A stretch of DNA of 64,000 bases from Candidatus Hydrogenedentota bacterium (GTDB taxonomy: Bacteria > Hydrogenedentota > Hydrogenedentia > Hydrogenedentales > JAEUWI01). This document shows, in pieces, positions 48,243-56,997 of the stretch; the first letter of the stretch is position 1; each line of letters opens with the position of its first letter. The translations under genes and the position numbers were made by a program. The stretch lies in the NCBI GenBank assembly GCA_034669905.1, contig JAXMOL010000003.1, forward strand, positions 128,001 to 192,000, read 5' to 3'. The notes beneath the pieces were generated by a model. That model was not told where the DNA came from and ran no database searches. It worked only from the letters and a program-made list of their open reading frames with translations.

Positions 48243-49337
48243 ATGACCGCGATCCAGGACCAAGCCGAGTTTGAGCAACTTCCCGATCTCTATCAGCGCT
48301 GGGTGACGGAATTGCTCCCCGACGGGATACCCCGGGAACGGGAGGCCACGTGCCTGGATTGCGCCATGTGCGGTACGCCTGGTGAAGCCAACCTAAGTGC
48401 CCTGGTCTTCTACAACCGGGAGACTAAATGCTGCACCTATTTTCCCGAACTGCCCAACTTCCTCGTGGGGCGGGCCGTCGCCGTGGATACGCCAGGCGGT
48501 GAAGCCTTGCGGCGTTTCATCGAGGACGATGGTGACTCCCGGGGATTGGCGACACTCCGTTCGGTCCGTCCCCATGAAAAAATTACGACGGTCTACGTCC
48601 ACCACCGTGCCGAGGGTTTCGGACAGGACCCGGAAATGGCTTGCCCCTATGCGATTGACGGTGGGGGCGATGTGGGCCGGGTCTGCGGGATCTGGAAGCA
48701 CCGCAACAGCGTCTGCTCCACCTGGTTTTGCAAACATACGAAGGGCGTCACAGGATTTTATTTCTGGCGCGCCCTGCAGGGTTGGCTCGACCACCTTGAG
48801 CGGGCCATGTCCTGGTGGGCCATAAGCCAGGTGCTGGATACCCCGGCGGCGGTTCTGTCGGCGGGCGAATATCGGGTCAATCAACGGCATGAAATTACCC
48901 TGCGCGACGATGCCTGGTCCCACTGGCCGGGCAGTCGCAGTGCCTTTTACGAGGCCTGCGCCGACAAAGTCGAAGGGCTTTCCGCCGCGGAGGTCGTGCG
49001 CATTGCCGGGGTGGAAGCCCAACTCCACCTGGTGGAAGTCGGCACCCGCCTCACCGAAGTCCATGCGACCCTTCCCCCGGCCCGACTCAAGGTCGCGCCC
49101 TATTCCATCATTCAGCAGGAGGAAACTCGGACGATTCTCCAGGCGCACCACTGGCCGGAGGCCTTACACGTGCCAAACAGCCTTATCCCGGTGCTGCGGT
49201 ATTTTGACGGGAGCCCAACGGAAACTACGCTGGAACGTATTCGGGTGGCGACACAGATTCGCCTGTCACCGGGCCTGGTACGGCGCCTCTACGATTTTGG
49301 CATTCTCGAGAAAATTTCGGGAGTTGGGCCGGGGTAG
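48243..49337 (+). CDS. Cys-cluster (YkgJ/CxxCxxCC-like, probable Fe-S) protein with a C-terminal PqqD/RRE-like domain; candidate RiPP maturase
   Basis: CLDCAMC, KCCTYFP, ACPY, CGIWKHRNSVCSTWFC; tail VLRYFDG...LVRRLYDFGILE; GAAAGG RBS. Confidence 0.7.
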   Translation: MTAIQDQAEFEQLPDLYQRWVTELLPDGIPREREATCLDCAMCGTPGEANLSALVFYNRETKCCTYFPELPNFLVGRAVAVDTPGGEALRRFIEDDGDSRGLATLRSVRPHEKITTVYVHHRAEGFGQDPEMACPYAIDGGGDVGRVCGIWKHRNSVCSTWFCKHTKGVTGFYFWRALQGWLDHLERAMSWWAISQVLDTPAAVLSAGEYRVNQRHEITLRDDAWSHWPGSRSAFYEACADKVEGLSAAEVVRIAGVEAQLHLVEVGTRLTEVHATLPPARLKVAPYSIIQQEETRTILQAHHWPEALHVPNSLIPVLRYFDGSPTETTLERIRVATQIRLSPGLVRRLYDFGILEKISGVGPG

Positions 49338-49459
49338 CCCAGCCCGTATTTACCGCCCAAGGGCCCGAAATCACGATGCGCTTTTCGTAAATGCGCATTT
49401 TTCATCATTTCCGGGGGCAGCGCTGGCGTTGTGAGACGGGCCCATCCCTCCGGGCTCGG

Positions 49460-49487
49460 TTGCAATGTGACGACTTTGCCGTATAAT
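49460..49487 (+). promoter_or_regulatory. sigma70-type promoter for the small peptide gene
   Basis: TTGCAA-16 nt-TATAAT, ~80 nt upstream of ATG 49568. Confidence 0.6.
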
Positions 49488-49567
49488 TACAGTACGTGCG
49501 GGTGCACCCCTCTGTGGGGTATGTCCCTAAGTAGATTGGCAAGCAGGGAAAACGAGAGGAAAGAGCA

Positions 49568-49780
49568 ATGGCTAACGTGGACGTAAATGATCTGGACAAG
49601 GAAAAAAACGACCCGAAAAAAGAGACCACCCTCAGTGAAGAAGACGTTAGTCACGTGAAGGGCGGGGCCGGTTATCTCAAGATCGGGGATATCAAAGGGG
49701 AATATACATCGACGACGGGCGGTAAACAGGAGCCTTATATTGTCGCGCCTACGATCGACAAGAAGGTATTCAAATTCTAA
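49568..49780 (+). CDS. double-glycine leader peptide, candidate RiPP precursor
   Basis: GAGAGGA RBS; acidic leader ending LSEEDVSHVKGG; 37-aa core AGYLKIGDIKGEYTSTTGGKQEPYIVAPTIDKKVFKF. Confidence 0.78.
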   Translation: MANVDVNDLDKEKNDPKKETTLSEEDVSHVKGGAGYLKIGDIKGEYTSTTGGKQEPYIVAPTIDKKVFKF

Positions 49781-50057
49781 GGTCAAAGACTACGCGACGC
49801 TCCCTGTTGAGGGCTGGCGGGGTCCAATCGTCTTTTTCGGCGAGTCATGCGTCATAGACGTGAGGCAGTAGGGAATTGGGACCCATCCATTGTGTCCCGA
49901 CGTAGGCGGCGCGGGCGTTCTCAAGTTTGATGATTATGACGGGCACGGTGTTCACAAGCGTGTTGTGGCTATCCACGGCAGCACACCGCCCATCGACAGA
50001 AAGGGCCTGAAGGGATAAGCGTTTTCGCTCGGGCTTCGAACAACACCATGAAGTATC

Positions 50058-50090
50058 CACTCCCGTCGCATGCGACGGGGGTGTTTTTTT
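50058..50090 (+). terminator. intrinsic terminator
   Basis: stem cactcccgtcgc/gcgacgggggtg followed by T7. Confidence 0.75.
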
Positions 50091-50180
50091 GTCTGGCACG
50101 GGAGAGGATGCCCAAGAGCCTATTGACTTGTTTTTGTCGGTCGGCGCAAGGCAGTCGTTGGCCGCAGCCGTGAAGCGAGG

Positions 50181-50909
50181 CTACGCGGTCAGGTCCTTTT
50201 TCATGGCACGGCGTGCATGCCAGGTGTGGATGAGCAACGTCTGACAAATGCTCAACGGTTGCTCAAAGCCACTCTCGGTGAGGAGTGTGGCGAGGGTAGC
50301 AGGCGGGACCACGGCAACGCCCTTCTGAATGGCGTTGCGGTAGTTCTTGAGCACTTCCTCATCGCTATTGTTGTGCCGCATGAGTGCCAACCACTGCAGG
50401 AAAAGCCGGTCGCTGGGATCATCGTTCGCACGGGTCGCCAAATCCGCCGTAATCAACTGTCCACCCGGAAGTAGTCGTGCAGCGATACCCCGAAAGAAAT
50501 CGCGCCGGGCCTTTGGGTCGAGGACAAACTGGGAAACCAGAATAGACGTCGCCACATCGAACAGGCCCGATTCTGGAAGAGAATCAAGATAACCCACGTG
50601 AAAGGTGCACCGGTCGGCGATACCTGCCTCTTCTGCCTTGTGCCGGGCACGGGCCAGCATGGGGGCAGCGGGCTCCACGAGGGTAAAGGTCCAGTCGGGG
50701 TAGGCGTCTGCCAAATAGCACACTTCCGCACCGGTGCCCGCCCCCACACAGAGGACGCGGGATGCCGATGATGCATCGGCCAGGGCGGCGCGCATACACA
50801 GATGGAGCGCATCTTTCAGCGGCGTAAGTTTGGCGAATTGTTCGTCATAGACGGCGGCGTGATCTTCATCAAAGGCGATGCGGGTTCCCTGCTGGGTCAT
50901 TGGAGCCAT
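50181..50909 (-). CDS. class I SAM-dependent methyltransferase
   Basis: VLCVGAGTGAE motif I, VEP, FDVATSILVSQF, LLPGG; GAGG RBS. Confidence 0.88.
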   Translation of the reverse strand: MAPMTQQGTRIAFDEDHAAVYDEQFAKLTPLKDALHLCMRAALADASSASRVLCVGAGTGAEVCYLADAYPDWTFTLVEPAAPMLARARHKAEEAGIADRCTFHVGYLDSLPESGLFDVATSILVSQFVLDPKARRDFFRGIAARLLPGGQLITADLATRANDDPSDRLFLQWLALMRHNNSDEEVLKNYRNAIQKGVAVVPPATLATLLTESGFEQPLSICQTLLIHTWHARRAMKKDLTA

Positions 50910-51026
50910 TCCTCGTTGGCGAGGGCGTGATACCTCATCCGATATTACTTCGCTTGTGAGAATGAATTATCAATAGTAGCAGGGGCGGGGCTCGGGATCA
51001 AGGGGATGTCGCAGCAGGGAAAGGGC

Positions 51027-51058
51027 CTACCACGGAAGCCCCGGAAGGGCACGGAAAG
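51027..51058 (+). repeat. isolated ACCAC-type motif
   Basis: ctaccacggaagccccggaagggcacggaaag, similar to the copy at ~47596. Confidence 0.7.
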
Positions 51059-51072
51059 TGGGGGCTAACGTG

Positions 51073-51106
51073 GACCCCGGTCATGCCACGGGGCGTGACC
51101 GGGGTC
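51073..51106 (-). terminator. hairpin downstream of the esterase gene
   Basis: 15-bp stem gaccccggtcatgcc/ggcgtgaccggggtc; no clear U-tract. Confidence 0.55.
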
Positions 51107-51119
51107 AAAGCGTATTCGG

Positions 51120-52232
51120 TTAATTCTGGGGAGTATAACCCTGCCACAAGTATTCCAGGGCCTGGGGGAGGAGTTGGTCCTTCATGGCGCGGTCGCAGTG
51201 TTTGGCGTTCTTCACAAAGCTGAACTGGTAGTCGTAACCTTTTTCCGCGAGGACGTGGGCCATGCGCTCGTTGGCGACGACCCAGTCGTGCATGTTGTCG
51301 CGTTGGACGTTGGGATTGAGGAGGTCCATGTCGCCGACGGACATCCAGATACGGAGGGGTTTCTTGGGGCTGTTGGGGATGATGTCTTCATGGAAGCCCC
51401 AGGCGCCGTAGGGTGTTTCAGGGTTCCAGGGCCATTGCTGGTTCACGAAGGTGCCGGAGAAACTGAGGACGCGGCGATAGAGGTCGGGACGGTACCAGGC
51501 CATGATCATGGCGCAGGAAGCACCCGAACTACAGCCCATGGTGGCCCGGCCTTCGGGGTCTTTCGTGAGCGTCACGTTGCACTCCGCCTCCACGAGGGGG
51601 AGGACTTCCGTCTCCACGAACTCGGCGTAGCGGCCCGACATGGTGTCGTATTCGAGGCCGCGTTGGCTGCCCTGCGCGTCGCCGCTGCCGTTGCTGATGG
51701 AGACGGCAATCATGGCGGGCACGCGCCCCTGGGCGATGAGGTTGTCGAGGGCCTTGAAGAGGTTGTTGTCGGGGCCGTCGGCACCCACGATGAAGGGGGC
51801 TTCCGTGCCGGGCGTGTAGCCTGCGGGGACGTAGACGGTGACCCTGCGGGTATAGGGCGCGGGGTGGCTCGTAGTGACGTCGAGCTTGTAGGGGTTCTCC
51901 GGGTCGGGCGTGCCGAAGGTGTCCTTCTCACGGGCGATACCGGGGTAAATCTTGCTGTCGGTTGATTCCATCACCAACTGGTGGATGGTTCCCTTGGGCA
52001 CGTCCTCCATGACCGCCATCTCGGGCGCAGGCGGATGGGTGGGGCCCACGATGAAGTTGCCATTGGCGTCGGCGGGTGGGACTTCGCCATCGGGGAGTTC
52101 CGTCGCGAGGACATAGCCGCCGGTGTAGGGATCGCGAGCCGGGGGTGTGGGGCGGGCTTCAGCGGACAGCGGGGCGAGTAGACCCACGATGAAGGTGGCG
52201 GAAAAGAGGAGGGATAGGTGGCGTAGCTGCAT
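51120..52232 (-). CDS. secreted enterochelin-esterase-like alpha/beta hydrolase
   Basis: signal peptide, RRVTVYVPAGY, QRGLEYDT, GCSSG elbow. Confidence 0.85.
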   Translation of the reverse strand: MQLRHLSLLFSATFIVGLLAPLSAEARPTPPARDPYTGGYVLATELPDGEVPPADANGNFIVGPTHPPAPEMAVMEDVPKGTIHQLVMESTDSKIYPGIAREKDTFGTPDPENPYKLDVTTSHPAPYTRRVTVYVPAGYTPGTEAPFIVGADGPDNNLFKALDNLIAQGRVPAMIAVSISNGSGDAQGSQRGLEYDTMSGRYAEFVETEVLPLVEAECNVTLTKDPEGRATMGCSSGASCAMIMAWYRPDLYRRVLSFSGTFVNQQWPWNPETPYGAWGFHEDIIPNSPKKPLRIWMSVGDMDLLNPNVQRDNMHDWVVANERMAHVLAEKGYDYQFSFVKNAKHCDRAMKDQLLPQALEYLWQGYTPQN

Positions 52233-52566
52233 GATGAAGTCCTTGTCGTTTCAGGGGATGCCCGGCCCACCGCGGGGGAACGGGAAAATCGCGGTGGGCG
52301 TGTGTCGAAGTACGGTAGCACATGGGTGGCGCGATGGGAAACAGCGGGTGGGCGGCGGACACTCGAGGGTTACACGCGCACGAACCGGAGTACCGGATCG
52401 CGCGGCACGGGGGCGGCGATTTGTCGAAGACGAACGTGGCGTGCTTGGATTCAGTTTAGGTGGGAACGTGTTAAGCGGCGTCGTGACGTACTGCCGGTAC
52501 AGTCCCTTCTTCGTTTGGCACGAAGGAGCTGACAGTCCCGTGTGACGGCCTATCTACGTGCGAAAT

Positions 52567-52597
52567 CTTTTGTGCTCCTTGCGTTCTCTGTGGTTAA
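52567..52597 (-). repeat. isolated ACCAC-type motif directly after the PSD1 gene stop
   Basis: minus strand ttaaccacagagaacgcaaggagcacaaaag. Confidence 0.6.
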
Positions 52598-52605
52598 GAA
52601 AACCG

Positions 52606-55600
52606 TCAATCCACAAAGTAAAACGCATTGCTGCTGAGCAATACCTGGGCGTAGGCCGCGAGGGCGGTGGTGTTTTCGGGGTGGCCGAGTTGTTGGAGGG
52701 CCTGCTCGGCGATGTCTCGTTCGGTGTCGGTGGGGGGACGGAGGAAGAGGCGGTGGTACATGGTGTCCACGGCGGCAGTGCTGGGGTCCGTGGCGGCGAT
52801 GGTGGCGAGGGCCTCGGCGGCGCGGAGTTGGAGGGGGTGGTTCATGAGGAAGAGGGCCTGGGGGGCGACGGTGGATTCGTTGCGGGCGGCGACGATGGAG
52901 GTGGGGTCGGCGCCGTCGAAGAGCTGGGTGTAGGTGTTGAGGTTGGAGCGGCTGGTGCGGTAGTAGAGGGTGCGGCGGGGCGTGGCCAGGTCGACGTAGG
53001 CCGGGCCGCCGGGCGTGGGGTCCAGTTGGTCGGTTACGAAGAGGAGGCTGTCGCGCAGGGACTCGGCATCGAGGCGTTGGCGGTTCATGCGGGCGAGGAG
53101 CCGGTTTTCGGGGTCGGCCGTGTGGAGTGCTTCGTCGGCACCGCTGCGTTGCTGCCAGGTGGCGGAAGTGAGGATGAGGCGGTGGAGTGCCTTCAGACTC
53201 CAGCCCGATTCGATGAAGCGGGCGGCGAGGTAGTCCAGCAATTCGGGGTGGGTGGGCGCCTGGCCCTGGGCACCAAAGTCGCCGGGGGTGCGGACGAGGC
53301 CTGCGCCGAAGTGATGTTGCCAGACACGATTCACCATGACCCGGGCGAGGAGGGGCGCACTGTCTTCGGTAAGCCACTGGGCCAGTTCGCGGCGGCCACT
53401 GCCTTCGGTCACGGGGCGCACGGCGCTGCCGGTGATGAGGGCGGGCATGTGGCGGGGCACGAGGTCCCCGAGGTTGGTGTATTCCCCCCGGCGATGTACA
53501 TGGACGTCGTGGATGCCCGCGTGCTCGGTGTTGGGTACGCCCCCTTCCTGGATGCCCACGGCGCGCTCAAAGGGCGTGGCGACTTCTTTTTCCAGTTCGG
53601 ACAACTCGGCCACGAGGGCGTTGAAGGCGTCGGGATCGGCGGGGGGCGGCGTGTCACTCCAGGCGGGGCCGCCGGGTTCGCGGAGTGCCGACACAGCACG
53701 CTTCAAGGGCGACTCGGCGTTGGCCAGTGCGCCGTCGATGGCGGCCTGGATGGCGGCAGCGGCTTCTGTGAGGGCCACCGCATCCCGTTGGCCCGATGCC
53801 ACTTCCCGGAGGGCGGCGCGCCACGGCGCAAAGAGGATGGGGTCGAGGGTGCTTCCGCCCTGCTCGGTGAAGAGCCACCAGACCTCGCGGTTTCCCTGGG
53901 CGTCGGGCCACGGATTGCCCTGGGCGAAATTGGTGAGGAGGGTCTCTGTGCTGTCCCAGGTCGGTCCGCCTTCCGACGTGATGGTCAGGTGTAGCTCCGT
54001 GGTGTCGCAGGCATGTCCCCCGGCGGGTAAGACCGTGAGGCGCAGTTGGTCCTGGGCGGCCACGGCAAAGGGCGTGTCGATAGCGAATGAGGCCTTTTCC
54101 CCATTGGGCACCCTGCCCGATGCGATGGTGCGTCCCAGTCCGGATTCATGATGGGTCAGGGTCCACTGGATGCCATCGCCACAATTGCTGTCTGCATCGG
54201 CAAGATGGCCCTGAAGGGTGATGGTGGCATCCATGGGTGCCCGCCAGGCGAGGCCCACGCCTTCGGTGGGACCAGGGTGGATGGCGACCGAGCGGGCGGT
54301 CTGGGCGATGGTGGCGTAGGCGATGTCGTGCTCAGAGGCGTTGCCCACGGCGGAGGGGGTGTCCGTGTTGCCTTTGCGGGTCGTCACGCCGGGGAGGGAT
54401 TGAAAACGTTCCTGGACCTTGGGGAGCGCGGGGCGCACGTCGCCATCGAGGGTGCGCTGCCACCGTTGGAGCACGTCGGGGTGGAGGGTGGATGTGTCGG
54501 CGGATTCTCCGTTTTGCGTCGCCAATAGATAGGCACCGGTCTTGCCCAACTGGGTCGTGGCAAAGGAATCGCGCGCGGCCTGCAACTGGGTGTCCCGCGA
54601 TTCGATAAGGGTCTTGATACGCGCCTCGGCCTCCGCACGTCGTGCCACCGTTTCCGGCGCGGCCAGGGGGAGGTGGGAGATGGGCGAGCCTTCGGTCTTC
54701 GCGCCGGGTCCCGGCAAGATGGAGCTGCTGAAGAAGATTCCGGCCATGCCGTAGTACTCTTCCGTCGAAAGGGGGTCAAACTTATGATCATGACAACGGG
54801 CACAGGCCAGGGTGGTGCTCAGGAATGCCCGGGTGACCACGTCGACCTGATCGTCCACGATGTCGGATACCATTTTCTGTTTGTCCGCATCGCCCTGGGG
54901 CCAATGGCCGATGGCAAGCATGCCGGTGGCGATGAGGCCGTCGCGATAAAAATCACCTTCCCTTGCCGGCAGCAAATCGCCCGCCACCTGGTGGGTCACA
55001 AAGTCGGTGTAGGGCATGTCTTCGTTGAGCGCGTTGACGACCCAATCCCGATAGCGCCAGATTTCCACGGGGTCGGTTTTGTCATTGCCCCGGGAGTCAA
55101 AGGAGTCGGTATAGCGCACCACATCAAGCCAGTGCCGTCCCCACCGCTCGCCATAGAAGGGCGACGCCAAGAGCCCGTCGATGACGGTCTGCCACGCTTC
55201 GGGACTTTGGTCGGCTTCAAAGGCTGCCAGGGCTTCCGGTGTGGGTGGGAGCCCTGTGAGGTCATAGGTTACCCGTCGCAATAGGGTGGGGCGGTCGGCG
55301 GCGGGAGACGGGGTCAGGGCCGCCGCCTCCTGGGCGGTGCGAATATACGCATCGACGGGATGGAGCGCATCGGCGCGCGCCGGTGGTGCCGTGTCCTTCA
55401 GGGGCTGATAGGCCCAATGCCGGGCCCGCGCCTCGGAGAAGTCTTTTTTCTCCGGGGCTGTGCTGGGGTCATAGGCGGGCCAATGGGCACCATCGACGAC
55501 CCATTCGGTCAGGCGCGCAAGCTCCTCGGGGCTAAGGGGGCCGTCCGGCGGCATCTTAAGTTCGCCTGTCTGTCGGACGGCTTCGAGGAGGAGGCTGTTG

Positions 55601-55869
55601 TCGTCTCCCGGCGTGACCGCGGGCCCCCGGGAGCCGCCCGCAGCGAGGGCTTCCGCCGAATCGAGGCGCAGGGCGGATTTCTGTTTTTCCGGGCCGTGGC
55701 ATCCGTAGCAGTTTTTTACCAGGATGGGCCGTATTGCTTTTTCGAAGTGCGCATCGGCGCTGTCCGCAGGAGCAATCGCCCCCGGGCAAAGAAGGCCGAG
55801 CATCAGGAGCGCCCGATAGACGCTATCGGGCCCCCTCCGAAACCAATCTCTCCGGAAATTCTGCATCAT
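52606..55869 (-). CDS. PSD1/planctomycete cytochrome c protein (DUF1549 + DUF1553)
   Basis: CYGCH, LLRRVTYDLTGLPP, GERWGRHWLD, CARCHDHKFDP, VNRVWQHHFG, PTHPELLDYLA; GAGG RBS before ATG 55869. Confidence 0.92.
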   Translation of the reverse strand: MMQNFRRDWFRRGPDSVYRALLMLGLLCPGAIAPADSADAHFEKAIRPILVKNCYGCHGPEKQKSALRLDSAEALAAGGSRGPAVTPGDDNSLLLEAVRQTGELKMPPDGPLSPEELARLTEWVVDGAHWPAYDPSTAPEKKDFSEARARHWAYQPLKDTAPPARADALHPVDAYIRTAQEAAALTPSPAADRPTLLRRVTYDLTGLPPTPEALAAFEADQSPEAWQTVIDGLLASPFYGERWGRHWLDVVRYTDSFDSRGNDKTDPVEIWRYRDWVVNALNEDMPYTDFVTHQVAGDLLPAREGDFYRDGLIATGMLAIGHWPQGDADKQKMVSDIVDDQVDVVTRAFLSTTLACARCHDHKFDPLSTEEYYGMAGIFFSSSILPGPGAKTEGSPISHLPLAAPETVARRAEAEARIKTLIESRDTQLQAARDSFATTQLGKTGAYLLATQNGESADTSTLHPDVLQRWQRTLDGDVRPALPKVQERFQSLPGVTTRKGNTDTPSAVGNASEHDIAYATIAQTARSVAIHPGPTEGVGLAWRAPMDATITLQGHLADADSNCGDGIQWTLTHHESGLGRTIASGRVPNGEKASFAIDTPFAVAAQDQLRLTVLPAGGHACDTTELHLTITSEGGPTWDSTETLLTNFAQGNPWPDAQGNREVWWLFTEQGGSTLDPILFAPWRAALREVASGQRDAVALTEAAAAIQAAIDGALANAESPLKRAVSALREPGGPAWSDTPPPADPDAFNALVAELSELEKEVATPFERAVGIQEGGVPNTEHAGIHDVHVHRRGEYTNLGDLVPRHMPALITGSAVRPVTEGSGRRELAQWLTEDSAPLLARVMVNRVWQHHFGAGLVRTPGDFGAQGQAPTHPELLDYLAARFIESGWSLKALHRLILTSATWQQRSGADEALHTADPENRLLARMNRQRLDAESLRDSLLFVTDQLDPTPGGPAYVDLATPRRTLYYRTSRSNLNTYTQLFDGADPTSIVAARNESTVAPQALFLMNHPLQLRAAEALATIAATDPSTAAVDTMYHRLFLRPPTDTERDIAEQALQQLGHPENTTALAAYAQVLLSSNAFYFVD

Positions 55870-55960
55870 ATAGTGACACCTCGTTGCGATAAGACAGCTC
55901 GATGCCAGTATAGAGTTTTCCAGAGAAAAAGGGAATGGCCGCCGACCATGTCGGCGGCCA

Positions 55961-56989
55961 TCAGGCCCGGGATGGTTCCACTTCGACGGAAACTTTTGAG
56001 ACACGATAGGGAGACACGGAATTGCATGTGCCTTTCTGGGTGTCGAAGAGGGCCAGGTTTATTCCTTCGCCCACAGAGCTGCCGTAGATGACACCGTCGA
56101 AGCCGCTTTTCTTGATGAACTCACAGAGGTACTGGCTGGGGATATAGTCAATGGCGGCGCTATGCGGTAAGACTGGACGTGACAGCTCCTTACCAAGACG
56201 TTCCAACAGGGGTAGGTCGGCACGTAGCTGTCCAATTTCGCCAGAGCCTGACAAGATAAACGGAGAAACGTGGCCGCGCGGGTCTCGTAGGTCGGCGGCA
56301 CGAATTCTGGGAATTGTAAACTCTCCTACGGAAGCCCGAGCGCCTGTGTGTGGTCTGACTTCGGCTACGGCTGTTTCAGGTCTGGAGGCCAAATAGAGAT
56401 ACGGGATACCTGCGGGGTTTGCTCTTCCATGAGATGCGATACGTCTTGGTGGCGCTCCCATTTTCTCTATCGGAAAATTCTCATCCTCGCCACATATACG
56501 AGCTCGGAACCAAGTCTCCGGGAGTTTTCTTGCCAATAGATGGTCCAGCAGTTCTCTAAGTCTGTCTGTATCCAGGTTCTCATCCAAGAACCATCGGTTA
56601 CGGGACATCATTTCATCCCGTAATGCATCCCATTGTACCAATCCTTCGCTCTCATAGCTTGTGGAGGGGGAAAAGGGCTTTCGGACGATCTCCCCGTCGT
56701 CCAGAATGTCGCCCAAAAGAATCTTGGCATCAGAAAGACTCATTTGTTCGTCAGTGAAGAGTTTCCAATCCTTCTTCATCCACTCTACGAGAGAGTAGCC
56801 GTCTGGGTCTGGCTCATATACATTGGTGAGAAGCTCGAAGTAGTCGGCAAGTTTCACTGGCTCAACCAGAGAAACCTCTTCAGATTTGCAATAATTGCAA
56901 GTGCCAGACCTCGAAGATAGCGATGGGATGATACTATCTCGTAGGCCATGGTCGTCGAAGCATTCAGCGCAGCAGTATGTTGTAGCCAT
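55961..56989 (-). CDS. RES-domain protein (putative NAD+-consuming effector) with Cys-rich N-terminal domain
   Basis: CCAECF..CNYC; FRAR, GRANPAGIPYLYLA, TAVAEVRP, YIPSQYLCEFIK, GVIYGSS, NLALFD. Confidence 0.88.
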   Translation of the reverse strand: MATTYCCAECFDDHGLRDSIIPSLSSRSGTCNYCKSEEVSLVEPVKLADYFELLTNVYEPDPDGYSLVEWMKKDWKLFTDEQMSLSDAKILLGDILDDGEIVRKPFSPSTSYESEGLVQWDALRDEMMSRNRWFLDENLDTDRLRELLDHLLARKLPETWFRARICGEDENFPIEKMGAPPRRIASHGRANPAGIPYLYLASRPETAVAEVRPHTGARASVGEFTIPRIRAADLRDPRGHVSPFILSGSGEIGQLRADLPLLERLGKELSRPVLPHSAAIDYIPSQYLCEFIKKSGFDGVIYGSSVGEGINLALFDTQKGTCNSVSPYRVSKVSVEVEPSRA

Positions 56990-56997
56990 CGATTAGA

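Noticed and set aside
49940..50050. 6S RNA, or fluoride/ZTP/guanidine riboswitch
   Set aside because: Too short for 6S and missing the diagnostic consensus motifs; kept only as an unassigned structured-RNA candidate
50181..50909. Methyltransferase as a tailoring enzyme of the RiPP candidate
   Set aside because: Convergent orientation, separated by a terminator, and a generic family; possible but unsupported
55870..56004. Extended N-terminus of the PSD1 protein
   Set aside because: Overlaps the RES gene; a better RBS and start exist at 55869
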